Part shown: piece by piece, positions 1 to 14,840 of the stretch
Layout of the letters: each line of letters opens with the position of its first letter
How positions within the stretch are numbered: position 1 is the first letter of the stretch
Source of the DNA: the human T2T-CHM13v2.0 reference genome, Homo sapiens
Length of the DNA: 64,000 nt
Reading direction: 5' to 3' (one strand)
Assembly: GCF_009914755.1 (NCBI RefSeq)
Contig: NC_060930.1
The notes under the pieces: generated by a model
Told to the model about the DNA's origin: nothing
Database searches by the model: none
The model's input: the letters and a program-made list of their open reading frames with translations, nothing else
Position numbers and translations under genes: made by a program

Positions 1-59
1 GGAAGAGGACTAAGCAAGTGACTGGTGAGATCAAATGCATGGTTTGAAGTTTGGACTGG

Positions 60-539
60 GGTTTTATATGTTGGCATACTTCTAAGGTCTTGTGTCCCTT
101 CTTTCCTGATTATTCGTTTGGGGTGGGCTGTCCACATGTGCAGTGGCGTGCTAGCACTTGGGAGGGGAACATGCACAGTGTGTTTACTGGAATTATACGC
201 AATGCTCACTTGAGTTGTTCTTCCTTTACCAGTCTAGCATTCCTAGACCAAGGTCATATACCAGTCAAACTCTGTCATTTTGTCTCATAGTGCACATGCT
301 TGAGCCCACTCACCCAACTCCTGATATCTTATTGGGAAGCTGCTGATCACTAGTTTCAGGGTTTTTTTTTTTTTTTTTTTCTAGTGGGAGACTGCCTTTT
401 CCTGGTGCTGGCTGAGATTAATTATTATTTTAGAGAGACAGTTAACAACTTTGCCTGACCATCACTTGATAGTCGCCTGACATTCCTGGTGGTGGTGGGG
501 AGCCCTCTCCTGCCCTGCTCATGTCTGTCTACTGTAACA
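60..539 (-). mobile_element. ERV1-class solo LTR, MER50-like; left boundary approximate
   Basis: Ends in CCCTCTCCTGCCCTGCTCATGTCTGTCTACTGTAACA, the reverse complement of a TGTTA...CATGAGCAGGGCAGGAGAGGG LTR start recalled for MER50. Interrupted by poly-T at about 362-380. Confidence 0.5.
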
Positions 540-1258
540 AGGGTAGGCTAAGATCAATTTTTGATCAATATATTGGGTTACTCTGCAGATGGTGGTACTG
601 TTAACTAAAACAAGAAGTACTGGACAAGAAAGTTTTTGAGAAGCATGATCATTTCTGTTTTGTATATTTTAAGTTTGAGGCTCCTGTCTAACATTTAAGT
701 GGCCATATATAGTAAATAAGAAGATAAATGGATTTGGATAATTGTAAAGATGTCTGAGCTAGAAATTATGATTTTAGAGTCAGCAGTTTATAGTGCAAGG
801 TATTCTTTTTGGGTACAAAATAAAATTGAAATTCTATTTATATTTTTATCTTATTTTAATTTCTACTTCTGCATGTTTTACAATGCAAATACTGTGTTAT
901 TCTAATAGGCATGCATAATGCATTACACAAATATTTATTATATAAGCCTTCTCAAAAATATTTTTTCAGAGGGCTTGAGATCAAAATATTTGGAAAACTT
1001 TACATCTTTCATGAAGCCTATTTAAGTAACAAATGTAGAAGAGCAAGAATTGAGTCCTGTGTAACATCAACATTTAATAAAAGAGTAAAGAAGGAAGATT
1101 TTAGCCAGGAATATGAGAAGAGGTGATACAAATAGGAAAAAGACCAGAAAAGAAAATTGTCACTGAATTTTAGAAACCAAAAATGAGGGATGGTTAGGAA
1201 TTCCCTATATTTTATTCTCAATCAACAACCAAAGAGATCCTATTAAAACCCAAGTTAT

Positions 1259-2420
<1,162 letters not shown>

Positions 2421-2914
2421 AAATATGTACTGAGTGTATCACTTTATATTGCAAAATAAAATAATATTTATTTACCTTTAGTTTGAAGACACATCAGCAA
2501 TAAATGTTGTATGATGCTAATAAAAATATTATTGAATGTTTACTATGTGTCAAACACAGTTTTGTATAACTCAATCCTAACATAGAGTCTATGAAATCAT
2601 TATTATTATTTTCCCTATTTTATAAATGAGGATACTGAAGCACAGAGAGAAGATATAAGCTGTCCTAGGTGAGATAATGAGAACGTCAGCAAATAAGGAT
2701 TCAGGACTATATATTCTACCTCCAAGGGCTGCTCCTTAACCATGATTCAGTATTCATTGCTGCCTCTTACCTGCCATTACCTACACAGAATCAGGGTAAT
2801 AAAAATTTTAGTCATTTACAGAAACAAGAAAAGTGAGTGACAGACCATTAGATAGTGTGTAAACTAAACTTTAAAATGTAGAAACTTTAAATAATGTAAT
2901 ATAATTCATATTGA

Positions 2915-3045
2915 ATTTATATATAATACATATATTTATACCTAATACATATACATACATATATAATGTATAAATATATATTACGTGTGTGTGTGTATAT
3001 ATATATATGTGTATATATATATGCACACATACACACACACACACC
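2915..3045. repeat. Compound (TA)n/(TG)n/(CA)n microsatellite
   Basis: Alternating TATA, GTGT and ACAC tracts seen directly. Confidence 0.85.
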
Positions 3046-3129
3046 TCCATGGGAAAAAATAATTTTCTTACTGATATTGTATGAATCTGATAGCCCCCCC
3101 GAACCTTTCTGATAATGATAAAATAACCA

Positions 3130-3370
3130 TTATAATGCTGATAATGCTTACTTACTATATTTCAGGCACTATGCTAAGCAATTTAGATGTATTATTTCAT
3201 TTAATTCTCAAAACAACTCAGTGAGATAGGAACTATTATTACCCCCTGTCTATAGATGATGACAATGAGTCTTTGGGAGGCTTTGCAAGTTGGCCTGAGT
3301 GAATTGCAAGTAAGTGGATTGACAGATGGACGTGAGATGAGAACCTAGGCAGTTTAACTCTAGAGATCAC
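3130..3370 (-). mobile_element. MIR fragment (a second MIR-like fragment lies at about 2520-2740)
   Basis: CAGGCACTATGCTAAGCA...TTTCATTTAATTCTCAAAACAACTC...GATAGGAACTATTATTACCCC...ATAGATGA: MIR core-like. Confidence 0.65.
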
Positions 3371-6300
3371 TCTTCTTTGCAGGTTGACAGTGAAATGAAG
3401 TATCCTTCAGTAAACATGTTGAGACGGTTATCTATGAAAAGAAATGAGTGTAGTTCCCTAACTCTTGTTATACCTCAAAATAGATTCTGAGAGATCAAGA
3501 AAGACAATGTAAAATGTTCAACCATATAAATAGTCAATGAAAATAAAAGTGAATATTTATAAAAGCACTTTCTGAGCTAAAGTACAACAGAAGGATTGCA
3601 AAGGAAGAGAATAATAGAATAGATGATATAAAATGAAAACCATCTTTATGATAACAGAAAAAAACCAATATGGCAAGCAACAAAATTAATAAAAAAACTA
3701 TATCAAGGAGTTAATAAATCAATTAAATTGGTAAGAAATACTATGAATTTAATTCATAAATACACAAAAACCTGATTAGTTTACATGCTAACAAACACGG
3801 AAAACATTCGAAACAAAGTGTTTACCTTAACGGTACAACTTAAATGAATAAAAAAATGATAAAATCATCAATAAATGGTAAATGATCAAAAAAATATTTT
3901 TAATCATGTTATGAATATGTTAAAAGATAAATGTATAGCTATATGTAATACCACATATAACTATGTAACTGTGTATATGTGGATAAAAGATGAAACAGAA
4001 GGCTAATAATAAAGAGCAAAAGTCTTTTGACTATTCTCCAACTTTGTCTATTCATGAGAGACAAGGCACTATTAAGCATTTATATTTGGGCTAATAAACT
4101 CTTCACAGCTCTTGTATTATTGCAATGACATATAAAAATAAAGGAAGATACTAAAGCACAGAGATGTCATTAACTCCTCTGTCCTTCCACCCAAAATCTC
4201 TATTTTGTTTCTTCTGTGGTTCACTTCTGCAGCTTAACACAGTCATTAACCAGAGCCAAGCAATGAATTTAGATTATGCTTCATATTCTATGGATTGGAT
4301 ACCATGACCACTGTCCTACTTGATGGGAAATGTTCTTAGCTTCAAATGTAAATGGGTCCTCCCTTTAGCTAAATTCCTTTATCCTATGAAGTTTTTGTTT
4401 CATTTGTTTTGTGTTCAAAATCGCACTATGCATTTGATCAATTTGCCTTTTGTGTTGTTGCTGTTGTCTTCTGGTTTATTTAATTTTTGCTCCCAGAATC
4501 CTCATTCTAGAGTCTCCATCCTCCTGCTCGAAATTTCTCTCTAGGGTTTCAAAGAGGGCTCTTCATCATGGGACTTCCCTTAACATTTGCTCTTCTGTGA
4601 AAACCATTTGCTTCCTGGATTCCCTCTTTCTTGGTAGATTTTGTTTTGCTAACAAGGATATGTGAGTGGTAAATTTTCCAAGTTCTTCCAAATTCTGAAA
4701 ATTTCTTAAACTGCCTTATATTTGATTGATGGTTTACCTATATATAAAATTTCAGGACCCATATCATTTTCCTGAAGACTATTGATAGTATTTCTCCCTT
4801 GTCTTCAAACATCCAGTATTGCTGATGGGAATTCTGATACCATTCTATTTCCTATTCCTTTCTCTAGGACCCAACATTTTCTTTCTGGATACTTTTAGGA
4901 TCTTTGTTTTAGCTTTGTTATATTGAAATTTCATAATGATTTTTATCTTGGTGGTTTCTTTTTCCATTCATTGTATTAATATGCAATGACTTCTCCATTC
5001 TGGGAATTTGTCTTCTATTATTTTTGCAACTTTATTCCCCTCCATATTTTGTTCTTTTTTTCTAGAACTTTTATCTCATGTTTTTTATTTCATGTGTTTT
5101 ATCTCTCTAACGTTTTATCTCTCTAACATTTTATCTCATGTGTTTTCTTATCTCTTGTTTTTTCATACATCCTTTCTTTTAAATTCTTCTTTTATTGAGA
5201 CAGTTTTACCATTAATTTTAAAAGCTCTTTTAAGGTTGACATCTGAACACTAATTAAAGGTTATTTTAAGGTTTCTTTAAGATATTTCCTGGAATTATCT
5301 TTTACTCTTCCAACATTAATTCTTCTCTATGTTGATTTTAGCCTTTCTCTTTAATGTTATAGTTTTTATTTTAATAGTTTAGTGTTCCTTGATTAGCCAT
5401 ATATAGGGGAATAAACAAAAGCGAGGCATGAGAATGGATGATTGGGGTGTGTGTTTGTGTGTGCATATGTGGGAGGTGTTTTTAAGTGAACAACTGGAGA
5501 ATCAGCCATTAGGATGGAGAAAACCTACCTGCCAGAATGAGAAAGGCTCTTTGCAGGTCAACAACACCTGTCTGTTTCAGATTTGTGGGAAAGTGGTCAT
5601 TCTGCATATGGAAAATAAACTTAAAAAAAAAAAGACAAATAGTCATCTGTTTTAATTCTATTTCTCACTTCTCTCCTGCCATAGTATCTGCCATCTAACC
5701 TAGATCTTCTCATGGGTTCTGCAGAGAAAATCAACTCCGTTCTTGGTTACGGCCCTCCTCCATCTGTGATTTGAGCTACAGCTTCCTCCATTTTGTTTCA
5801 CTTACCACCCTTTTACATACATACACTTAGCAGAAATTCATTGTTATCTCCCTTCCTTGAGGGTCCTCTTTTGCTGTGGGGTTTATGGTTCTATTATCTA
5901 AATGAATCTCACTGTATTATTTCAAATTTGAAATATTTGTAAGAGTATAGGGTTTGGGGGCATTATTAAGTCATTAGATTTTAAAATGCAGAATTGATAT
6001 TGTCACTTTTGGGTTACAATTTAGCACCCCTTTTGGGAAGCTATTTTGCAAATTATACAGAGAGCCCCAACTGTTACCACACAGTGATTATATAAGAGGA
6101 GCTTTAAATATGTTCTAAAATTTTACCAAATAATTTGATTTTTTCTAATGTATCCTAAAAAAAGACCATAAATATGAAAAAAAGTTTGATCAACACACTT
6201 TTCACTGCAGAGTTCTGTGTTAATGTGAAAGGTTATAAGCAGTTTAAGGACTAGGTAAGTGATATTCCAACTCTATAGAATATTTTGCAGATATTAAAAT

Positions 6301-6992
6301 GCTTTAGAAACGTTTAGAATCACATAGAAATACTTGTGCCATAATATTAAATATATAAATAGGATATAGAGTAACAGTGGAATCTCAGTTATTTTAAATT
6401 TGCATAGAAAATTGTATTAAAATGCTAATAGTAAGACAGTGGAATGGGAAGTGATTTACCCATTAAAAAGAAACATTCTATATCATATTTTTGTCTTTCA
6501 TAAAACCACATATATTATAAACTTCCAAAGGGAAATAAATTTATGAATAGCAATAACAACAATAAAAGACTAAGAGAAACATACCCACATACACCCACCC
6601 ATTCCCACCCACATACACATTCACACTACAAGAACCAAAGAGAACTCATTCTCATTTATTCTGACATCTACTCTTTTCTACCCTCTCATCTACTTTTGTC
6701 AACAAAGTTGAAATATTACCTTGATAATTTTGTCCCCAGTTTCTGCTAGAGTGCTTACTGAATAGAGAAAGGAAAATGAGCAACTGTAATTGACTATCTC
6801 GTCTTCTTTTTCATGTTTTTCAAAATGGTACCATAATAATTTTTAAAAACATCCTATATTCATTGAAAATTGATCTTAAAATTTATCTGTAAAAGTATCA
6901 AATGAAAATTGAATCACAATCTCTTTTTCTAAACCTTCATGCTTATATTTATTCTTTATATTATAATACTAAGTACCTCAGATGGATTCTTA

Positions 6993-7352
<360 letters not shown>

Positions 7353-8877
7353 TCACCTTAGTAATATCATCAAGAATAAATCAAGGGCACATTTCTTTTG
7401 TTCTGTGTGTCCGGCTCTGTAAATATTTTAATATTTCTTCCACTTGAATACCTTTTTAGTTTTTCTGCCAAACTTGTGGTTTTATCTATGGAATTTTCTG
7501 TATATGTATAGTAGAAAGTGTTGCAATTTTTATTTCTCTGGGTAAAAAATTCCTATGGGTTTTATAAAATAGTTTATTGTACTTCTTAAGAATTAAGAGG
7601 AAAAGACAATTAAAAATGCAGTTACAGCAAAAGGTCAGAATACAATTTTCAGTCCTGCATATTTTCTGATATGTGGCATGGTGTTTCAAAAGTCATGTAA
7701 CTTCACGATAGTATTTGAATTGAGTTTGTGTGTGATTGCTTAACATCTGTAAATTGTTAAGATAAGTTATTGCACAGGCCTACTTTAGTTTAGATTAGTT
7801 TGGAACACATCCCAGGGTATTTAATCAGGGTATAATCCTGCATAGTGCAATTTCTAAAAGGTGTGTTTGTGTGCTTTAAATAAATAGCATTTTTTTGTAG
7901 GCAAAGTTACGTCTTATCCTCTTTTCTAAAAAAAAATCTGTTAAAAATGACTCCCTACAGCACTCTTGTATTATCTATAGCTTCAGGCAAATATAATACT
8001 TAATACTGACTTCAAAAAATGTACTGTAGAGGTCTGCAATGTTTGGTATTAACTGTGTTGAAATGTATGACAATATTCTATTGTAATCTTATATATTTTT
8101 CTTTATAACTTATATGAGCAATTTATTTTTTATTTGTAAAATTTGTGGTATGATTAATTTGTAGAACTGAAAATAGAGACTGGGAGGTGATATTTTGATA
8201 AAAATAAATATTTTAACATTGCCATGGTTAATTTTACTTTCAGTTTGGAGGATGGATTGACTACACTTATAGTTAATTTAAAAATACAAATTTAAAAATG
8301 TTGTGGTGTACAAGGAAATAAGACATAGAAAAAGTTTGGAATTATACAGTATTTTACTAAATGTTAAAAACAAAAAAATTAACAAAGCATCACAGACTTA
8401 AATGAATACAAAGTATTTTAAGAATAGAATTTAAAATGCCTATGCTGTTTTGACATAGTCACTAATTGTAACCTTTTGAATAAACTGGAAATGAAATTAA
8501 ATTGTAAAATTCAACTTATTTAATAATAATAAATTGTGTTTCTTTTAATTGATCTGGTAGCAGTTCTGCACATACTCAAAATTTGGAACATGCCCAAATC
8601 TGGCAGTTAGTTCTCATTGACCCATTTTTTGTAACGTTTAAAAATGTGAAGCAATCAAAATAAGATTGTGATAATAATTTCTAGAGAATATTCAAATGTA
8701 AAATGAAGAGTATCCTTTACCCTTCATCAGTATTATTGTGCTCCTTTCTGCTTCTTTATTTAGCTTTATTCAATTTTAGAAACTTTGTAATTGTAAATTT
8801 GTGTTTTCTGGTTTTTTAAAAACTGCATATTTATCCTAAGTATACCTTGATATTTCTGTAGAAAAGAACCTACTTGA

Positions 8878-9187
8878 TTTTATTTTATTTCTTATTATTT
8901 ATTTTGAGATGGAGTCTCGCTCTATCGTCCAGGCTGGAGAACAGTGGCGGGATCTCAGCTCACTGAAACCTCTGCCTTCCAGGTTCAAGTGATTCTTCTG
9001 CCTCAGCCTCCCAAGTAGCTGGGATTATAGGCATGCACCACCATGCCCGGCTAATTTTTGTATTTTTAGTAGAGACGGGATTTCACCATGTTGGCCTGAC
9101 TGATCTCGAACTCCTGACCTCAGAAGATCTGCTCCCCTCAGCCTCCCAAAGTGCTGGGATTACAGGTGTCAGCCACCACACCTGGCT
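8878..9187 (-). mobile_element. Alu SINE (AluS-like)
   Basis: T-rich tail, then GAGATGGAGTCTCGCTCT...GCCACCACACCTGGC. Flanked by the direct repeat GAAAAGAACCTACTT (TSD). Confidence 0.95.
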
Positions 9188-11210
9188 GAAAAGAACCTAC
9201 TTTAAATGATGATAATAAGTTGCTTACTATTAGTCTGAGAAATACAAATTTAACGTCTTCTTATTTGATGTAAAATAGTCAAAATTTCATACCAGTCTTG
9301 TTGAATTACATGATTTCAAACTTTCTTATTATGGTCTGTCAGCTAAAGAGACAAAAAACAAACCAACCAACCAAAACCTTCCCACCACACACGTCCTGTC
9401 CCCACTCAGGGTTCTGGGCAGAAGAGACTCAGTGTCACTGACTGTTCATGAAGGTCCTGGCCCTGGAGTACTGCACCTTTTAATGTTACCCTTAATATGT
9501 CCATGTTCAAACAATCAGGACTTCTGAGGGACCTACTCAGTAATAGATTTTGTAAAATATACCCTTATTTGGCTAGCACTTAAATTGAAGTTACTTTCCA
9601 TAAAATCCTTATTTTGATATAGGTTTATGCAATGAATTGTTCATCTTGTTTGACATCTTAGTAGATGAGAATTCCGTAATATTGGTTATAATACTTTGTG
9701 TAGACATTATACCTAACTGCTTTTTTGAACCTAGTACACTTCATTTTATGACTGGGAAAGTCTAAATAAATCAATTAACCTTCATGAATTTTAAATTTTT
9801 TATAGCAAGTATTTCTCTTCAGTCTTAATTTTTCCTATATTATAATTCATTTGAGTTTTCTTTCCTGGAAAGCAGTTCTTAATTCATCTGCAGTATTTTC
9901 CTTTTAAAAAAGTGTATTACTTTTTTCCTGTCTTTTTCTTATTCTTATTTTAGCTTCATCTTATTCTATGGCTACAGTTACAGTTTTTCCCCATTTATCT
10001 GAATATTTTCAGTAGTTCATTTTCTTCATTTGACCTACTAAACAATGCTTCTTTTACTATTTTCTATTACTTATCAGTTAATGTTTCTACGATTTATTCA
10101 TCCTGATGCAATATTTTTGAGTACATGTTGATTGAGTCAGTATTTGTGAAAAGGAAGCCTAGAGTTTGGTAATTAGTTTTTCCTGTGGAGGTAGTTTCTG
10201 AAGTAGAAACAAACACAAAACACCTGAAGTGCTTTTGGAGGCATGTAACTGAGGCAGCGATGTAAAGTCACAGCACAAAGAAACAGAGGTACTGAGGATA
10301 TTTGAAAAGACAGCTCATGGAGCTGTTAGCACCTATCTTTGCCCTGTGACAGCTAGTCATTGCTGCTATTATTATTTTTTATTATGATAATCGTCCTCAT
10401 TATTACATTCATTTTAAAGGTCATCAAATGGAGAACAGACATATAGTTTATTTTAAGTGGTGCTACATCTTATAATTTATCAGTGGATATGTTGCTAAAT
10501 GATGGTTCCCCAATAGCTCTCCTTGGGGAACATTACATTGGAGTGGTCACATATGAATAAACTCAGAGTCACATTTATTGCTTTAGTAAATATGTGCATG
10601 GAAAATTATATTTTATAGCATAAATAAGCTTAAGGTTAGTTTATCACTAAGAAACTAGAGAAAATATACACATTGACCTTTTTTGTGTGCTTACTTTGTA
10701 TGTTTCTTCTATGTGAATATTTTTAATATTGCCTTTAATTGTGGGTGATTTTTGAAAAGACAGACTTTTTAAAAATACTTGCAAGTACTGAGGTTTATGT
10801 ATTTACGTACTGATTCTGTAGTTCCTGGTAACATTTTTCTTTTTTTTTCCTGGTAACATTTTTCTAATCAGTTAACTACCTTGCTTAGAACATTTTTGCT
10901 AACACTCCAGAGTCAATTATAAAAAATATGACAGATATATGGTAAAAGGAAATTCAGAATAATCAAATCAGAAATGCTGAGAAAAAACCTCTACTCTGGC
11001 TGCTGAGAGGCTCTCTAGTCTCAGACAAGTCCCTGTCTAGGCATTCATATATTTGACTGTGACTTGTGGGAGGACCATTTTCACAAGAAATTTGCAAGGA
11101 TAAATATGAAAATGAATACTGTTCTTTTTTTCTTAAATATATTTTAAGATACTGAAAAATTATTTCCAAGAGGGCATAAAAATTTATATTGTTCTTTCTT
11201 CTTCAAATAG

Positions 11211-11551
11211 GTTATGTGGGTATGCAATTTATGTCGAAAGCAACAAGAAATCTTAACCAAATCTGGGGCATGGTTCTTTGGAAGTGGCCCTCAGCAGACA
11301 AGTCAGGATGGAACCCTGAGTGATACAGCTACAGGTGCTGGCTCTGAGGTACCAAGAGAAAAGAAAGCACGACTCCAAGAGCGATCGCGGTCTCAGACAC
11401 CCCTAAGCACAGCAGCTGCCTCCTCCCAGGATGCTGCTCCTCCCAGCGCACCACCAGACAGGAGCAAAGGGGCTGAGCCCTCGCAGCAAGCCTTGGGGCC
11501 TGAACAGAAGCAGGCTTCATCCAGGTCTAGAAGTGAACCTCCTAGAGAGAG
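11211..11551 (+). CDS. RIMS1: RIMS1 internal coding exon (341 nt): C-terminal part of the FYVE-like zinc finger, SGAWFF Rab3-binding motif, start of linker
   Basis: Acceptor ttctttcttcttcaaatag|GTT and donor AG|gtaata. Translation VMWVCNLCRKQQEILTKSGAWFFGSGPQ...RSRSEPPRER is recognised as RIM1. It ends in phase 2, and AG plus the first A of the next exon gives Arg. Confidence 0.97.
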
Positions 11552-12479
11552 GTAATAGTTCTTTCACCCTGTAAGCAAAAGGCAAGATTTTGCTAGGAGA
11601 GCAAAGCCGTTTTCAAGAATTTAACTTCTATTACGAGGAATATATGGAAGTAGTACTTCTCAGGCCCCACATGGAAAAACAAAAGGCCTGAGGGGCGTTG
11701 TCTATCTCTAGAATGTATTCCTTAGGAGACCTTTGTTGAAAGCATTTCTTTCATATCATGCACAGATGTAAACATGAACTAAGTCACCCAGCTGAGCTAC
11801 CAACTTCCAATGATGAACTCAGAAAAGCTCTTAGATCATGTTTCACTTATAAACCTAGCCCTTTAATTAAAAGTGTGCTCTGAGAGGATGTGATGGGGGA
11901 ATCTGACCTATCAGAAAGTATGTGGACACATCAGAGAAGCCTTCTTTAAGGGTATTTCTTTTATGCTGAGCTCTAAAGAGTGACTTTGAAATTAACCAGG
12001 AGAAGGGAAGGATGGGTGCTCCAGGTATCTGCACAGGCACATGGCCTGAAGGAACAAGCCCAACGTGAGGGCCTCCTAAAGGATAGCTGCTGGCTACAGT
12101 GCAAGTAGCAGAGGCAATGTGGAGGAGAAAAGGCTGGTGAGGTGGTGAAGGGACAGGTTACATTTTATAGCTTTTATTGTAGGTGAAAGGGAAGCCACTG
12201 AATATTTAAACAGGGACGAATATGATCAGATTATTTACTTTGATTGATTCATTCAAAAATGTATTCATGGGCAAACATGAAGCTATGCACTGGGAAAAAG
12301 TGTTGACAAAGAAGACAGAGCCCTTATCTTCATGAGGCTCATGATTTTGGGGCCAGGACTTTTGTTAGCACCTAGACTGGGCTTATTGTTTTTGTATGTG
12401 TAACCATTACTTGGAGAAAGGAGGCTCCAAGGAAAGCTTTTGAACCCCTTTTCAAGCAAAGCCCATACAGTAAAAGATC

Positions 12480-13170
12480 AAGGACTTCAAAGTTAAATAG
12501 GTCTGGATTCTAGTCCTGGCTCTGCCACAATAGGCAGTAAAAACTCACTTGCAGGGTTGTGGCAGGTATTAAAAGAGAACATGTGTTCCCAAGCTGGCAC
12601 ATAGTAGGCTTTCAGTGAATGTAGCTATTATTCAAGCCAGTAGTCATTGTGTATTTACTACAGATAAACACTGTGCCAGGAACCAGAGGGCATAAAGATG
12701 ATTAGAACATACATGGTCCCTTTTCTGACAAATCCTAGGGAAGAGACCACACACTATTCTAGGGAAGACAGACACGTAGGTAATTAACAAGGATGCTAAT
12801 TTGATCAAAGCTAGGCAATATGTATAGTATTTTGAGAGCCCTAGGAAAGAGGAAGTGACTTCTCAATTAAGCTTTGTAAGATACTCAGGAGTTGTAGGGG
12901 AGCTACACAGCGTATAAGAGGGCAGTACAAGAGAATGAGTGTTACTAATCTATTTGGAGAAAGGATAGAAAGGACACCAGAGATATCTCAGGGAACGTAG
13001 AATTAATAGCATTTGGTGACAAATTGTTGTGGGAGAAGAAGAGACAAAAATACTGAAGCTGCAGTTTGGAACTGGTTGGAAGATGATATCTTTAAATAAG
13101 ATAGAGAATTTGGAGCTGTAAAGTTTCTAAAGAGAAAAGAGTTCTGTTTTTGACATATAGTGAAAAACTA
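12480..13170. mobile_element. Cluster of degraded MIR/L2 fragments
   Basis: GGATTCTAGTCCTGGCTCTGCCAC and GCTGGCACATAGTAGGC (MIR-like); GAGTTCTGTTTTTGACAT (L2-like). Boundaries uncertain. Confidence 0.45.
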
Positions 13171-13919
13171 TAAAAATTTCAAGAACAAGGGCTGAATAGA
13201 TACTTTTTGTTCTGACTTTTTAGTTAAAATTTGAAGAAGATTGATAGGGACAAATAACTTTACTAATGATATAAATTCACAGGAAAGCAATGAGGAATTG
13301 GGAAGTACAGAAGCAGGAAGAGAGGTGGCCAGTGTAAAGAGCTGGGCAACTTCAGGGAGAAGCAAGATTGAAAGAGACACTGTTTATTTGTTTTAAATTA
13401 CTGAAGAATTCTTGACCGTATTTTGTACTGTCAAGGAGTTAGAAACAGAAAATTAAAGGTAGAGATGAGAAAAAGTATAATTAGTAGAGCAAAGAATCAG
13501 AGACACTGGAGAACTCCTTCCATTTGCATGACACTCTACCCTTTCATAAAACATCTTCACAGATGGTGTCTCTAATCCTCACATGAACCTTGCAAGGTAA
13601 GTATTTTTCAGCATTTCAAGAAAAGTAAATTGATTCAATGTAAACTTCTAACAAGAGCAACTATGCTTCAATGAGCTGCTAAATGTAGTACAAGCATGAC
13701 ACTCTTATGAAAACTATATTTGGTAATAATTAATATGTGTTCCCATTAGATCCCTTACCTTGTAAAATTCCAACACCCTTACAGTTCCACCTTCAGATCC
13801 AAATCCCTATAACTAATTATTGTAACTGAAATGATTTAAGACTGGAATGAGAAGAAAACATGTTTTTTATGTCTAGTCTTTATAAATTGCTCTCCTTGAC
13901 GTTCCTTTGTATATCATAG

Positions 13920-14785
13920 AAAGAAGACCCCAGGGCTTTCCGAGCAGAATGGCAAAGGAGCCCTGAAGAGCGAGCGGAAACGCGTGCCAAAGACCTCAGC
14001 GCAGCCCGTGGAGGGGGCCGTCGAAGAACGGGAGCGCAAAGAAAGGCGGGAAAGCCGAAGGCTTGAGAAAGGGCGATCACAGGATTACCCAGACACGCCG
14101 GAAAAACGGGATGAGGGCAAAGCGGCGGATGAGGAAAAGCAAAGAAAAGAGGAGGATTATCAGACCAGGTACCGCAGCGACCCGAACCTGGCTCGGTACC
14201 CGGTGAAACCGCCGCCTGAGGAGCAGCAGATGCGCATGCACGCCCGGGTGTCCCGCGCCAGGCACGAGCGGCGCCACAGCGACGTGGCGCTCCCGCGCAC
14301 CGAGGCGGGCGCGGCACTGCCGGAGGGCAAGGCCGGCAAACGCGCGCCGGCGGCAGCCAGGGCCTCGCCGCCGGACTCGCCGCGGGCTTACTCGGCTGAG
14401 AGAACTGCGGAGACCAGGGCGCCGGGCGCCAAGCAGCTAACGAACCACAGCCCGCCGGCGCCCAGACATGGGCCGGTTCCCGCAGAAGCCCCGGAGCTCA
14501 AAGCCCAGGAGCCCCTCAGGAAGCAGAGCCGCCTGGACCCCAGCTCGGCGGTCCTCATGCGGAAGGCCAAGCGCGAGAAGGTGGAGACCATGCTGCGGAA
14601 CGACTCTTTGAGCTCAGACCAGTCCGAGTCGGTGCGGCCGTCCCCGCCCAAGCCGCACCGGTCCAAGAGAGGCGGCAAGAAGCGGCAGATGTCGGTGAGC
14701 AGCTCTGAGGAGGAGGGCGTGTCGACGCCCGAGTACACCAGCTGCGAGGACGTGGAGCTGGAGAGCGAGAGCGTCAGCGAGAAAG
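13920..14785 (+). CDS. RIMS1: RIMS1 internal coding exon (866 nt): Arg/Ser/Pro/Glu-rich linker preceding the PDZ domain
   Basis: Acceptor ttcctttgtatatcatag|A and donor AAAG|gtaagg. The open frame KKTPGLSEQNGKGALKSERKRVPK...RYRSDPNLARYPVKP...RHERRHSDVAL...ESESVSEKG continues the previous exon and ends in phase 1. Confidence 0.97.
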
Positions 14786-14840
14786 GTAAGGGGGCGGCGC
14801 CGGCCGTGCGGGGACTTCAGCCAAGTGAAGAGGCGTGGGC
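13960..14840. promoter_or_regulatory. Intragenic CpG island coinciding with the coding exon
   Basis: Abrupt GC- and CpG-rich block (e.g. CGCGCGCCGGCGGCAGCC, GGCGGCGCCGGCCGTGCGG) inside AT-rich, CpG-depleted DNA. Confidence 0.8.

Noticed and set aside
5065-5150. Short TTTTATCTC(TCTAAC) repeats
   Set aside because: Ordinary slippage duplication in T-rich, probably old L1-derived sequence.
13917-13926. Tandem alternative acceptors (TAG AAAG AAG)
   Set aside because: The downstream AGs are 4 and 7 nt away and would shift the frame, so this is not a NAGNAG site.
13880-14738. Antisense ORFs of 145, 66 and 116 aa over the large exon
   Set aside because: Shadow frames of a GC-rich coding exon (few stop codons), with no independent homology or signals.
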